Of a stretch of DNA of 64,000 bases, positions 41,753-51,639 are shown piece by piece. How positions within the stretch are numbered: position 1 is the first letter of the stretch; each line of letters begins with the position of its first letter. The stretch spans positions 16,017-80,016 of the forward strand of contig RPGQ01000024.1 of the NCBI GenBank assembly GCA_004193595.1, given 5' to 3'. The stretch is from Desulfobacteraceae bacterium Eth-SRB2. Its GTDB lineage: Bacteria; Desulfobacterota; Desulfobacteria; Desulfobacterales; UBA11574. A program made the position numbers and the translations under genes. Below the pieces are notes generated by a model. The model saw only the letters and a list, made by a program, of their open reading frames with translations, searched no databases and was not told the DNA's origin.

Positions 41753-41868
41753 TCGTCACAGGACATTGGTTATTCGATATTCATCTTTTTCAGTACACCT
41801 CCCACAGTTTTTCCGGAGAAAAAATAACTTAGCGCTTATGGAGTTTCGCCACAATTGGGATAACCAAC

Positions 41869-43050
41869 TTACGAATTGTTAAGAGCAGCCACGGCAGGCA
41901 GGGTCTTACCTTCCATAAGAGCAAGGAAAGCTCCTCCTCCTGTTGAGATATATGTTATTCTGTCAGTTTCGCCGCTCTTGTGTATGGCGACATCTGTATC
42001 TCCCCCGCCAACAATTGAAAGTGCATAAGAATTGGCCACACTATTGGCCATGGCAAATGTTCCCCGGCTGAATGCATCCATTTCAAAAACGCCCATAGGT
42101 CCGTTCCATACAATTGTTTTGGCATCATATAAAACTTCGTCATAGAGCCTGGATGTGGCGGGACCGATATCCATAACCATCCACTCACTTGGGATCTCCT
42201 GTATGGGTACGATTTTGATTTCAGCTCTCGCATCAAAATGGCTTGCCACAACCGCATCTACCGGAAGATAAAACTTTATACCGGTTTCAGCCGCTTTTCT
42301 CAATATAGATTCAGCGGTTTCAATAAGGTCATTTTCTATTTTTGACTTTCCCAAATCGTGGCCAAAAGTTTTAAGGAATGTATTTGCCATGGCCCCGCCG
42401 ATAATGATTTTGTCAACATGATGGAGCATATTCTCCAACGCCCCTATTTTGCTCGATACCTTTGCCCCGCCCACAACGGCAACCACGGGACGTTGAGGAT
42501 CAGCCATTGCTTTTCTAAAATAGTTGAGTTCCTTTTGAAGCAAAAAACCGGCTCCGGAGACCGGTGCGAATTTTGTTATGGCGACAACCGAGGCATTGAC
42601 CCGGTGAGATACGGCAAAAGCGTCATTTATATAAACGTCACAAATCTCGGCCAGCGCCTTTGCAAATGTATCATCATTTTTCTGCTCCTCGGGATGGAAT
42701 CTTAAATTTTCGAGGAGCACAACATCGCCATTTTCCATTTTATTTACGAGATCTTTTATCTCGGAACCGATACAGTCTTTTGCCATTATAACTTCTTTTC
42801 CAAGGAATCTGCCCAGGCGCTTAGCTACGGGAGAAAGGCTGAATTCAGGAACGGGCTTCCCTTTTGGCCTACCCAAGTGTGAAGCGATGATTAGCTTTGA
42901 ATTATGGTCCAGTGCATATTCCAATGTTGGCAAAACAGCACGAATCCGGGAATCATCAGTGATATTCTGATGCTCATCCAGGGGAACATTAAAATCTACT
43001 CTGAAAAAGACCCTTTTGCCTGAAAGATTTATATCTTTAATCGTTTTCAT
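41869..43050 (-). CDS. pgk: phosphoglycerate kinase
   Basis: RVDFNVPLD...; 393 aa. GGAGG RBS. Confidence 0.92.
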   Translation of the reverse strand: MKTIKDINLSGKRVFFRVDFNVPLDEHQNITDDSRIRAVLPTLEYALDHNSKLIIASHLGRPKGKPVPEFSLSPVAKRLGRFLGKEVIMAKDCIGSEIKDLVNKMENGDVVLLENLRFHPEEQKNDDTFAKALAEICDVYINDAFAVSHRVNASVVAITKFAPVSGAGFLLQKELNYFRKAMADPQRPVVAVVGGAKVSSKIGALENMLHHVDKIIIGGAMANTFLKTFGHDLGKSKIENDLIETAESILRKAAETGIKFYLPVDAVVASHFDARAEIKIVPIQEIPSEWMVMDIGPATSRLYDEVLYDAKTIVWNGPMGVFEMDAFSRGTFAMANSVANSYALSIVGGGDTDVAIHKSGETDRITYISTGGGAFLALMEGKTLPAVAALNNS

Positions 43051-43071
43051 GATTTCTCCTCCCCTTTTCCT

Positions 43072-43383
43072 TTATTCTGTCTTTTTCCTCTCTTTTAGCT
43101 TGCGTTCAAGGGCTTTCTTTCTAGACCATCTTTCCAGAAAATTTATGCGACCGGACTGATACGCCCTTTCGATAAATTCTTCCCGAACCTTCAGCCCGCC
43201 GACCCCCTCAATGGCTGATCTTAAACATTCTGTTTTGTGACGACATGCAAGACAGGTCTCAGGAGTATTTCGCAACCCGTTCTTGCCCATAGGAAAAACT
43301 GTTTCGAGTTCGCCAAAGCAAGGGGGAAATTTCTTATTTAGTTCTTTATCGGCCATTGTCTTGTCAATTTGAAAGGTGGGCAT
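43072..43383 (-). CDS. small Cys-containing hypothetical protein
   Basis: FPPCFGELETVF...CLACRHKTEC. 103 aa. Confidence 0.42.
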   Translation of the reverse strand: MPTFQIDKTMADKELNKKFPPCFGELETVFPMGKNGLRNTPETCLACRHKTECLRSAIEGVGGLKVREEFIERAYQSGRINFLERWSRKKALERKLKERKKTE

Positions 43384-43407
43384 TTCTTAGCAATTATAGC
43401 TGTGGTC

Positions 43408-44166
43408 CTACTTATTTTGCATATCAAATTCCTGATTCATCCGGGCAATATAACCTTGATCCGCAAAGCTGAAATATCGGTTGTCTCCTATGATCAAATG
43501 TTCGTGAACGGTTATACCGATTACTCTGCAGGCAAAAATTAACTGTCGTGTAATGGAGATATCTTCCGGAGACGGCTTGGGATCACCTGAAGGATGGTTG
43601 TGGGCAAAAATAAGAGCTGCGGCGTGATGATTAAGGGCTGCAAGTATTACCTCCCTCGGGTAAACCGAACTTGCAGTCAACGTTCCTTCAAAAAGGATTT
43701 CCGTAGCAGCAACCCTGTTCTTGGCATCAAGAAAAAGAACCGTGAAGCATTCACGACTCTTTTCTCTTATGCTGTGGTAAAGAAAATCAAACAGCTCTCT
43801 TGAGTTGTTCAAGGGGTCTTTGTGTATCAACCGTTTTTCAAGATAACGATCTGCAACCGCTTTTATAAGCTTGATCCCCAGTAAATTTTTAGGGCCAATC
43901 CCGGGCACTTCACAAAGCGCTGCCGGTGAAGCTTCGAGTACACCCTGAAACGTTTTAAATCGTGTCAGTGAAGCCTTGGCAGCATCCTTGCAGTCTTTTC
44001 GAGGAGTGGCAAGGGTCAGGAGCAATTCAATGACTTCATAGTCATGAAAGCCGGACAGGCCTGAAGTAAGAAATTTTTTCCGTAGCCTCTCCCGGTGACC
44101 TTTGCCCTTATGTTGTCTGACACGTTCAATTTCGGGCTGCCCATCAGAAATTGCATATTTTTTCAT
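43408..44166 (-). CDS. radC: RadC-family JAB/MPN domain protein
   Basis: JAMM motif HNHPSGDPKPSPEDISITRQL. N-terminal HhH. Confidence 0.85.
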   Translation of the reverse strand: MKKYAISDGQPEIERVRQHKGKGHRERLRKKFLTSGLSGFHDYEVIELLLTLATPRKDCKDAAKASLTRFKTFQGVLEASPAALCEVPGIGPKNLLGIKLIKAVADRYLEKRLIHKDPLNNSRELFDFLYHSIREKSRECFTVLFLDAKNRVAATEILFEGTLTASSVYPREVILAALNHHAAALIFAHNHPSGDPKPSPEDISITRQLIFACRVIGITVHEHLIIGDNRYFSFADQGYIARMNQEFDMQNK

Positions 44167-44171
44167 AAACC

Positions 44172-44311
44172 GATCAAGTTAGTTCGCTGAGTTTATGCTG
44201 AGAAACGAAGTGCTCACAATTGGAATGTCCGAGTTAAAAATATAAGTCTAAAAAATACCTTTATTTCCAATAAATTGTAAAATTTTCGAGATGTTTAATT
44301 AACATCGAGTT
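44172..44311. repeat. intergenic repeat family 3, short copy
   Basis: Homologous to the ends of 21835-22140. Lies immediately 5' of the radC start, just as the long copy lies 5' of the rsmG start. Confidence 0.5.
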
Positions 44312-45329
44312 CGTTTTTAAGATCGCGGGTCATCAGCCGGTGTACGGCCTCTTTGGGAGAAACATCGTTATAAAGAATATGGTATACTTCGTGGGAAATC
44401 GGCATGTCAACACCAAGCCTGCGTGACAGGTTATAAACCGACTTGGCTGTTTTGACGCCCTCTGCAACCATTCGCATTTCGGACAGGATATCCCTGAGCT
44501 TCATGCCCCCCCCTATCTTTTTTCCCACGGTATGGTTCCTGCTAACATTTCCGGTACAGGTCAGCACCAGGTCCCCGACGCCGGCGATCCCGGCAAAAGT
44601 ACGCGGGTCGGCGCCAAGCTTTAATCCCAGCCGACGCATTTCTGTCAGCCCCCTGGTAATCAGTGCCGCTCTTGTATTTAAACCCAGCCCTAGACCATCC
44701 ATAATCCCGGCGGCTATGGCAATAACATTTTTTACAGCGCCTCCCAGCTCAAGACCGATCATGTCATTGTTTGTATAAACCCTGAAATACGGAGTTGCAA
44801 ATAGCTGCTGAATATAGCCTGCTATTTTTTGGTCTTTTGATCCCACAGCGATAACGGTGGGAAATTTATTCGCTACCTCCCGCGCAAAACTCGGGCCTGA
44901 AAGAACTGCAAAAAAGTTTTCGGCAATTTCAGGGAGGGTCTCTTTGAGCACACCGGACATGGTCAAATGGGTTTTGTTCTCGATACCTTTGGAAGCCGAC
45001 ACAATAATCGTCCCGGGCGAAATATGTCCGCTAATTTTTTGAGCCGTCTCCCTCATAACATGGGACGGAACAACAATCAGTACAAGATCTTTTTTTAATA
45101 CCACTTCGGAAATATCGTTGGAAGGAAAAATATTTGCAGAAAGTTTAAAACCGGGAAGAAAAACTTTGTTTTCCCTGTATTCTTGGATCTGTTCTTTTAC
45201 TTCCTTTTCAAATACCCAGAAATCGACTTTAAAACCTTTTAAAGCCAAAAGATCGGCAAGAGCCGTACCCCAGCTTCCGGCACCCACAACACCGATCTTT
45301 ACGGCACTGACATCTATTTGATTTTTCAC
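44295..45329 (-). CDS. gpsA: NAD(P)H-dependent glycerol-3-phosphate dehydrogenase
   Basis: IGVVGAGSWGTALA Rossmann motif. GTG start. Confidence 0.88.
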   Translation of the reverse strand: MKNQIDVSAVKIGVVGAGSWGTALADLLALKGFKVDFWVFEKEVKEQIQEYRENKVFLPGFKLSANIFPSNDISEVVLKKDLVLIVVPSHVMRETAQKISGHISPGTIIVSASKGIENKTHLTMSGVLKETLPEIAENFFAVLSGPSFAREVANKFPTVIAVGSKDQKIAGYIQQLFATPYFRVYTNNDMIGLELGGAVKNVIAIAAGIMDGLGLGLNTRAALITRGLTEMRRLGLKLGADPRTFAGIAGVGDLVLTCTGNVSRNHTVGKKIGGGMKLRDILSEMRMVAEGVKTAKSVYNLSRRLGVDMPISHEVYHILYNDVSPKEAVHRLMTRDLKNELDVN

Positions 45330-45357
45330 TGGCTAATCACCTCAACTATAAATGATC

Positions 45358-45590
45358 GTATCCGTTCACGGGTTCAGGGTTCAACGTTCAGGGTTAAGGA
45401 CAAAAAAGCAATGAAGATCCGAAGTCCTCGTTACAAATGTTCATTTTTCCAAGTATTTGCCAATTTGGCTTCAAATTTTGGATTAGGCCTAACGAAACTG
45501 ACGCTTTTCTCGTAAATACGCATCCCAAATGTAGCCCGTGGACGAGAATGGAACCTTGAACCCCTGAACCTTTGAACCGTGAACGGTTAC
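45358..45590. mobile_element. MITE family 1, copy B (233 bp) at the 3' end of gyrA
   Basis: TIRs GTATCCGTTCACGG...CCGTGAACGGTTAC. 8-bp TSD AAATGATC on both sides. The gyrA TAA stop (45587-45589) lies within the terminal GGTTAC. Confidence 0.78.
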
Positions 45591-48022
45591 AAATGATCTT
45601 CCTTTTCCGCGAGCCGTGCAACACCGGCAACTTTTTCTTCGGGTGACAGCCCGATAAGCGTTACCCCCTGGGTGTTACGGCTGATCACAGAAATTTGGCT
45701 CACCGACATTCGTATCAGTTTTCCTGTATCGGCCATTAACATCAGGTCGTCGTCGTCATCAACCAACAGTATTGCCACGACCTGTCCGTTTCGCTTACTT
45801 GTCTTAATGGTAATGACACCCTTGCCCCCGCGTCTCTGGAGAGGATACTCATCAATTGAAGTTCTTTTCCCGTACCCGTTTTCCGTTGCCGCAAACAGGG
45901 TCTGGCCATGGCTTAGAACCTCCATGCCAACAATTCGGTCCCCTTTGGCAACCCTCAATCCGTGAACGCCCCTTGAGACACGGCCGCTCGGTCGAACGTC
46001 GGACTCGTGAAAGCGTATGGATTTGCCCGTGGCAGAACCTAAAAAGATATTCCGGGTCCCGTCTGTTATCCTTGCTGCAATCAATTCGTCACCCGGAACC
46101 AAGCTTAAAGCGATGATACCGCCGGATCTGGGTCTGGAAAACGCCATAAGATCCGTCTTTTTGACCAGTCCGTTTCGGGTTGCCATAATGATATAATACC
46201 CCGGCTCAAATACCGAGACATCAAGCACGGTAGTAAGTTTCTCATCCTTTCCCAGGTTAAGAAGATTAACGATTGCTTTTCCTCGGCTCATGCGGCCGGC
46301 CTGGGGAATATCGTACACTTTGCACCAGTAAACCCTTCCCTGGTTTGTAAAAAATAGAAACGTATGGTGGGTGGACGCCACAAAGAGATTCGCAATAAAA
46401 TCTTCATCCTTAACTCCCATGGCTGTCTTTCCTTTGCCACCGCGCTGCTGTTTCCGGTAAAGGGTAATGGGATTCCGTTTTATATAACCGCTTTTTGAAA
46501 TGGTGACAACCATGTCCTCTTCAACAATCATATCCTCAATGGTTATCTCTTTTGTTGATTCAACAATCTCAGTCCGTCGCTCATCACCATACTCTTGCTG
46601 TATTTGTGTAAGCTCGTCCTTGATAATATTTTTCACAAGACGCTCACTGCCTAAAATCTCTTTGTACCAGGCAATATCCTTGAGAGTATTCTTGTATTCT
46701 TCCAGAATTTTTTCCTGCTCCAAACCGGTAAGCCGCTGCAGACGCATATCCAGGATGGCCTGGGCCTGTATCACCGTCAGGTCGTATGTCCGAACCAGCC
46801 CTTTTTTGGCCTCGTCCGGCGATTTGGATTGGCGAATCAGAGATACGACATCATCAAGATTTTCAAGGGCGATTTTTAAGCCTTCCAGGATATGGGCCCG
46901 CGCTTCAGCCTTTTTCAGGTCATATCGGGTCCGGCGGATAATAATCTCCCTGCGGTGAAGAATGAAATGCTCAAGAATCTTTTTCAAAGAGAGTTGTTGG
47001 GGCTGGTTGTTCACAATGGCAAGAAAAATGATGCCGAAGCTGTTTTCCATCCGCGTGTGCTTGAAAAGCTGATTAATGATCACCTCCGCAAACTGATCTT
47101 TTTTCAGCCCCACCGCGATCCGCATACCTTCCCGGTCCGACTCATCCCTTATATATCGTACCCCTTCGACCTGCTTTTTTCTTATCAGGTCCGCAATTTT
47201 TTCGATAAGTTTTGCCTTGTTCACCTGATAAGGAAGCTCCGTGACAACGATTGTCTCTCTTCCTGTCCTTTTGTCTTTTTCGATCACGGCTCTCGCCCTG
47301 ATTCGGATGATGCCCCGACCGGTTGTATATGCGTCATAAATTCCTTTGGTGCCGTAAATAATACCGGCAGTGGGAAAGTCAGGGCCCGGGATATAAGCCA
47401 AAAGGTCTTGAGATGTTAGATCAGGATCATCTATGACTGCCTTTGTGGCTTCAATGACTTCAAAAAGATTATGAGGCGGGATGTTGGTGGCCATACCAAC
47501 GGCGATACCCGAAGAACCGTTTATTAAGAGGTTGGGGGCTTTGGCCGGAAGTACACAAGGCTCTGTCAAAGAATCATCATAATTCGGCACAAACTCAACG
47601 GTTTCCTTATCCAGGTCCTCCATCATCTCATGAGCCAAACGCATCATTCTGACTTCAGTATACCTCATTGCAGCCGGAGGGTCGCCATCCACGGAACCAA
47701 AATTGCCCTGGCCGTCTACAAGAGGATACCGTAAAGAAAAATCCTGGGCCATCCGTACAATGGTATCATAAACCGCAGTATCACCATGGGGATGATATTT
47801 ACCGATAACATCACCGACGATGCGGGCGGATTTTTTATACGCTTTGTTATAATCGTTTTTAAGCTCTCGCATTGCAAAGAGTATGCGTCTGTGGACGGGT
47901 TTCAGGCCGTCGCGCACTTCCGGGAGTGCTCTCCCGATGATGACACTCATGGCATAATCGAGATACGACTTTTTCATCTCGCTCTCGATACTGATCTGAG
48001 CCAACTTTTCTGTATTCAACAT
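45587..48022 (-). CDS. gyrA: DNA gyrase subunit A
   Basis: [29 protein letters not shown]. Active-site Tyr region and C-terminal beta-pinwheel repeats. 811 aa. Confidence 0.93.
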   Translation of the reverse strand: MLNTEKLAQISIESEMKKSYLDYAMSVIIGRALPEVRDGLKPVHRRILFAMRELKNDYNKAYKKSARIVGDVIGKYHPHGDTAVYDTIVRMAQDFSLRYPLVDGQGNFGSVDGDPPAAMRYTEVRMMRLAHEMMEDLDKETVEFVPNYDDSLTEPCVLPAKAPNLLINGSSGIAVGMATNIPPHNLFEVIEATKAVIDDPDLTSQDLLAYIPGPDFPTAGIIYGTKGIYDAYTTGRGIIRIRARAVIEKDKRTGRETIVVTELPYQVNKAKLIEKIADLIRKKQVEGVRYIRDESDREGMRIAVGLKKDQFAEVIINQLFKHTRMENSFGIIFLAIVNNQPQQLSLKKILEHFILHRREIIIRRTRYDLKKAEARAHILEGLKIALENLDDVVSLIRQSKSPDEAKKGLVRTYDLTVIQAQAILDMRLQRLTGLEQEKILEEYKNTLKDIAWYKEILGSERLVKNIIKDELTQIQQEYGDERRTEIVESTKEITIEDMIVEEDMVVTISKSGYIKRNPITLYRKQQRGGKGKTAMGVKDEDFIANLFVASTHHTFLFFTNQGRVYWCKVYDIPQAGRMSRGKAIVNLLNLGKDEKLTTVLDVSVFEPGYYIIMATRNGLVKKTDLMAFSRPRSGGIIALSLVPGDELIAARITDGTRNIFLGSATGKSIRFHESDVRPSGRVSRGVHGLRVAKGDRIVGMEVLSHGQTLFAATENGYGKRTSIDEYPLQRRGGKGVITIKTSKRNGQVVAILLVDDDDDLMLMADTGKLIRMSVSQISVISRNTQGVTLIGLSPEEKVAGVARLAEKEDHL

Positions 48023-48177
48023 ATTAAACCACCCGCCTGAACCTTGAACCTTTGAACCCTATACGGTTAAGGGTTAGTATTTTTGTAAGTGTTCACAGAT
48101 TTTTTAAAATCACAAATTACAAGCACCAAATTTCAAATAAATTCCAAATGCCAATAACCTAAACTATTTCTATTTTT

Positions 48178-48411
48178 GTATCCGTTCACGGGTTCAGGGT
48201 TCAACGTTCAGGGTTAAGGACAAAAAAAGCAATGAAGATCCGAAGTCCTCGTTACAAATGTTCATTTTTCCAAGTATTTGCCAATTTGGCTTCAAATTTT
48301 GGATTAGGCCTAACAAAACTGACGCTTTTCTCGTAAATACGCATCCCAAATGTAGCCCGTGGACGAGAATGGAACCTTGAACCCCTGAACCTTTGAACCG
48401 TGAACGGTTAC
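48178..48411. mobile_element. MITE family 1, copy C (234 bp), 156 bp upstream of gyrA
   Basis: Same orientation as copy B and over 98% identical to it. 8-bp TSD CTATTTTT. Confidence 0.78.
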
Positions 48412-48577
48412 CTATTTTTTTAGTATTGATGAAAATATTTTTTTCAATTCGTTTGCTTTTCTTCAAGATCATAAGGTTTCGAATTTTGAATTTCGGTCAT
48501 TGTGATTTGTTTGTTTTTTGGGATTTGTTATTTGGAATTTCCACAAAATCAACTACTCCATGAACCGTTACTATTTT

Positions 48578-49669
48578 TCAATCCTTACAGTTTTTAATGC
48601 TTACGGGATCAACCAGTTGTTGATAACTGGTATAATAAATATCGGTTAATGTTAAAAAAGCAGTGGCAACCAGAGGGCCGTAAATAATACCCAGGATTCC
48701 GAACATCTTCAATCCCCCGATAATAGATAGAAAAACAAGGAGCGTATGCATTTTAACCCGTTTACCCACCAGTTTTGGTTTTAACAAATATTCAATTCCA
48801 CCGGAAAGTATAATGTAAAAAACAACAAAAAATATCCCTGATGCAATCCGCATTTTTAAAAATAGATATAGAGCCGCGGGAATAAATACAACTCCGATTC
48901 CTATGATGGGAAGAAACGCGAGCAGGGCCATTATAACCCCCCATAAAAACGGTGAATTAAAACCAAAAAGAAAAAAAACGATGCCTCCTGCCACACCCTG
49001 AATCAGACCGCAAAAGCCATTGCCGATAAGAACAGCACCGGCCATGTCCTTAAATTTTTGAATCAGTTTTTCATCCTGTTCCTTTGGCAGCGGAGAAAGA
49101 TCGATGATAAACGCAACAAGTTTGTCCCCGTCAAATAAAAGATAATAGATAATAAGGAGCATAAAAAAGAAATATAGAAAAAAATTGAGTACATTCGAGG
49201 CAATAGAACTGGCCTGCTGAAATAGAAAGAGGCCGACGAATTTTCCGAGTTCTGAAACCGCCTTATTTAATTCTTCACCGGTTATTTCCATATTTAAACT
49301 AGAAAGGACAAGGTTTACTCTTTCAAGAACCCTGCTGCTTTCAAGCAGCGGCTTGATTTGGTCGCTGATTACCCCGCCTTTTCCCATAAGATACAGAGCG
49401 TACGCCTCTTTTGACAAAATGCCTACAAAAAAAACGGTCGGGATAAACAGGATAAAAAATATTAAAGCGCAGGTTAGCAGCGATGCAAGAATAGAATTAA
49501 ATTTTCTGTTTAAAAAATTATAAACCGGTTTAAAAATGCCGGTTACAACAGCGGCAAGAACAATAACAGACATAAAGGGCCAGAAAAGCCGGCCAAGAAA
49601 AAAAGCTGACAAAAGAAAAAGGGCCAAAAAAAACCACAAAATATTATTATGGGACGTTCTATCCGGCAT
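48578..49669 (-). CDS. AI-2E family (UPF0118/PerM-like) transporter
   Basis: Eight hydrophobic segments and conserved LIGNGFCGLIQGVAGG. Confidence 0.78.
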   Translation of the reverse strand: MPDRTSHNNILWFFLALFLLSAFFLGRLFWPFMSVIVLAAVVTGIFKPVYNFLNRKFNSILASLLTCALIFFILFIPTVFFVGILSKEAYALYLMGKGGVISDQIKPLLESSRVLERVNLVLSSLNMEITGEELNKAVSELGKFVGLFLFQQASSIASNVLNFFLYFFFMLLIIYYLLFDGDKLVAFIIDLSPLPKEQDEKLIQKFKDMAGAVLIGNGFCGLIQGVAGGIVFFLFGFNSPFLWGVIMALLAFLPIIGIGVVFIPAALYLFLKMRIASGIFFVVFYIILSGGIEYLLKPKLVGKRVKMHTLLVFLSIIGGLKMFGILGIIYGPLVATAFLTLTDIYYTSYQQLVDPVSIKNCKD

Positions 49670-49850
49670 AATACTCCAACTAAAAACGACGTTTTGTTAT
49701 CACAGGCTATATTGTTCCTACTTCAGGGAACCGGCCGACCTTGAAGTTCATTGGCGACAATAAGATCAACAGCATCCCCTTTCCTAATTAATAATGGAGA
49801 TGATGTTATTATAATCGAGAAAGATATCGTGTAAAATGAGGGAAGGTGTT

Positions 49851-50006
49851 TTACTTACTCGCAAATCCTCCAGCCACAAATAAAAGAAGGGTTTCATAAA
49901 CGAAAACCGGAACATAGCTATCACATAAACCATATACAATACCGCCGCCTATGATGGCCGGCACAGCACAAACAACCAAAATACCCAATCTTCTGCTGAT
50001 GTTCAT
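49851..50006 (-). CDS. small hydrophobic protein (51 aa), hypothetical
   Basis: Not in the ORF track (below 60 aa). MNISRRLGILVVCAVPAIIGGGIVYGL... AAAGGAG RBS 7 nt upstream. Confidence 0.4.
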   Translation of the reverse strand: MNISRRLGILVVCAVPAIIGGGIVYGLCDSYVPVFVYETLLLFVAGGFASK

Positions 50007-50296
50007 CTGTGTTAATCTCCTTTAAGTGTAAACATTTCTCGAAACGCCTTTTACTCAAAATTGATGAGGTTTAAAAAGCAATAACTTGATAATATTAGTT
50101 TTTTCTCTTTTTAGTACGGCGAAGCCGCATGATATAGAATCGCGCAATCATTGTATAATTTGTAACAATAACATTTAATTAAGTAAAGGAAAAACAGACA
50201 AACCTGTTTATTTTTTGTATAGTCATAAAGGTTTGACGATCCTGGTTTTTTTTAATAACATATAAAGAATTTTATGGTCAAAGGTCTCGAGACAAA

Positions 50297-51079
50297 ATGT
50301 GCCTGATTGTATTTTCCTACGATATGCATCCCCGTTACCGGTTGATACTTGCCGCTAACCGGGACGAAGATTACAACCGTCCGACAGCGCCGCTTTCTTT
50401 TTGGGATGACGCGCCAGGCATTTTTGCCGGCCGTGATTTAAAGCATAATGGAATGTGGCTTGGGGTTTCCCGGACAGGACGAATTGCCGCCATCACTAAT
50501 TTCAGAGAACCTGATTTTCGGATTGCAAATGCCCCTTCCCGTGGTTTTCTGGTGGGCGATTTTCTGGTCTCAAAACAATCTGCCAAAAATTATATAGAAC
50601 ACGTTAAAACTATGGGGCACAGATTCAATGGGTTTAATCTTTTTGTCGGAGACAGGTCCGAGCTATTTTATTATTCCAACAGGGGAAACAGCATTAAGAA
50701 AATAAAACCCGGCTTATACGGTGTGAGCAATCGATTTCTTGACACGCCATGGCCCAAGGTGGTTAAAGGAAAGGCTGATCTTAAAAAACTGCTTGATAAG
50801 ACTGAAAAAATAGACTCTGAAAACATATTCGGTATTCTGAAAGACAGCTCTTATCCACCGGACAACGCGCTACCGGACACCGGCATCGGCCTCACTTGGG
50901 AACGGATTCTTTCCCCCTTGTTTATCACAAGCAGATTTTACGGAACACGCTCATCTTCAATCGTTTTGATAGAACGCTCAGATAGAATAACCTTTTTAGA
51001 ACGGACATTTATTTCAGATGGCGCTGTATCCAGAGAGGAGAAAACCCGAAAATTCACCTTTGATATAAAATCGCAATAA
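50297..51079 (+). CDS. NRDE-family protein (DUF833/TANGO2-like)
   Basis: N-terminal MCLIVF...LAANRDE signature. Confidence 0.8.
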   Translation: MCLIVFSYDMHPRYRLILAANRDEDYNRPTAPLSFWDDAPGIFAGRDLKHNGMWLGVSRTGRIAAITNFREPDFRIANAPSRGFLVGDFLVSKQSAKNYIEHVKTMGHRFNGFNLFVGDRSELFYYSNRGNSIKKIKPGLYGVSNRFLDTPWPKVVKGKADLKKLLDKTEKIDSENIFGILKDSSYPPDNALPDTGIGLTWERILSPLFITSRFYGTRSSSIVLIERSDRITFLERTFISDGAVSREEKTRKFTFDIKSQ

Positions 51080-51256
51080 ATTATGGCGCCGGGTTAATAT
51101 GATTATTTAATACACCAAAACTTATTGAGAAGTTACCCTCTGATATGATATAGTATAGAAAATTTGAGGAAAAGCCTTGACAAACAGACCATAGCTGCTT
51201 AGTTTTTTTTATAAAAATGTTCTTTCTCATCTTTTTACCCCAAACAATCTCTTTGT

Positions 51257-51620
51257 GGGGGCGAAACGGCTTCGACGGGGATAAAGAAGCATCGGCTGCA
51301 TGCCAAGCTCCTGCCGGCTTGTAAAAAAGGCGGGAAACTTAAAGTAATCGCAGACGATTATAATTACGCTTTAGCCGCTTAAGGCTAACGTCCTACCGGA
51401 TTATTCCTGCGCATCCGGCAAGGGCGTCGACAAGCAGGATAGCCGGTCCCGATATCCCGTTAACGGATCGGTCCTGCAGGCGGCTTTTGCGAAGGTTATG
51501 GGTTTCAGGCGATTGCGTCCGCACTCTTTTATCATCTATCTTGTTATCGTTTTCGGAGATCAGGTATTGCATTTCAATACAAAACAAGCCTTCCAGTAAA
51601 GGCGGAGTTTGATCAAAACA
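51257..51620 (+). ncRNA. ssrA: tmRNA-like (ssrA) sequence; 5' acceptor/TLD half and tag ORF recognisable, 3' T-arm/CCA not found
   Basis: GGGGGCGAAACGGCUUCGACGGGG 5' consensus. Tag reading frame gca gac gat tat aat tac gct tta gcc gct taa (51350-51382) encodes ADDYNYALAA*. The 3' end is approximate. Confidence 0.55.
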
Positions 51621-51639
51621 GTTTCGGCGACGAAACAAT

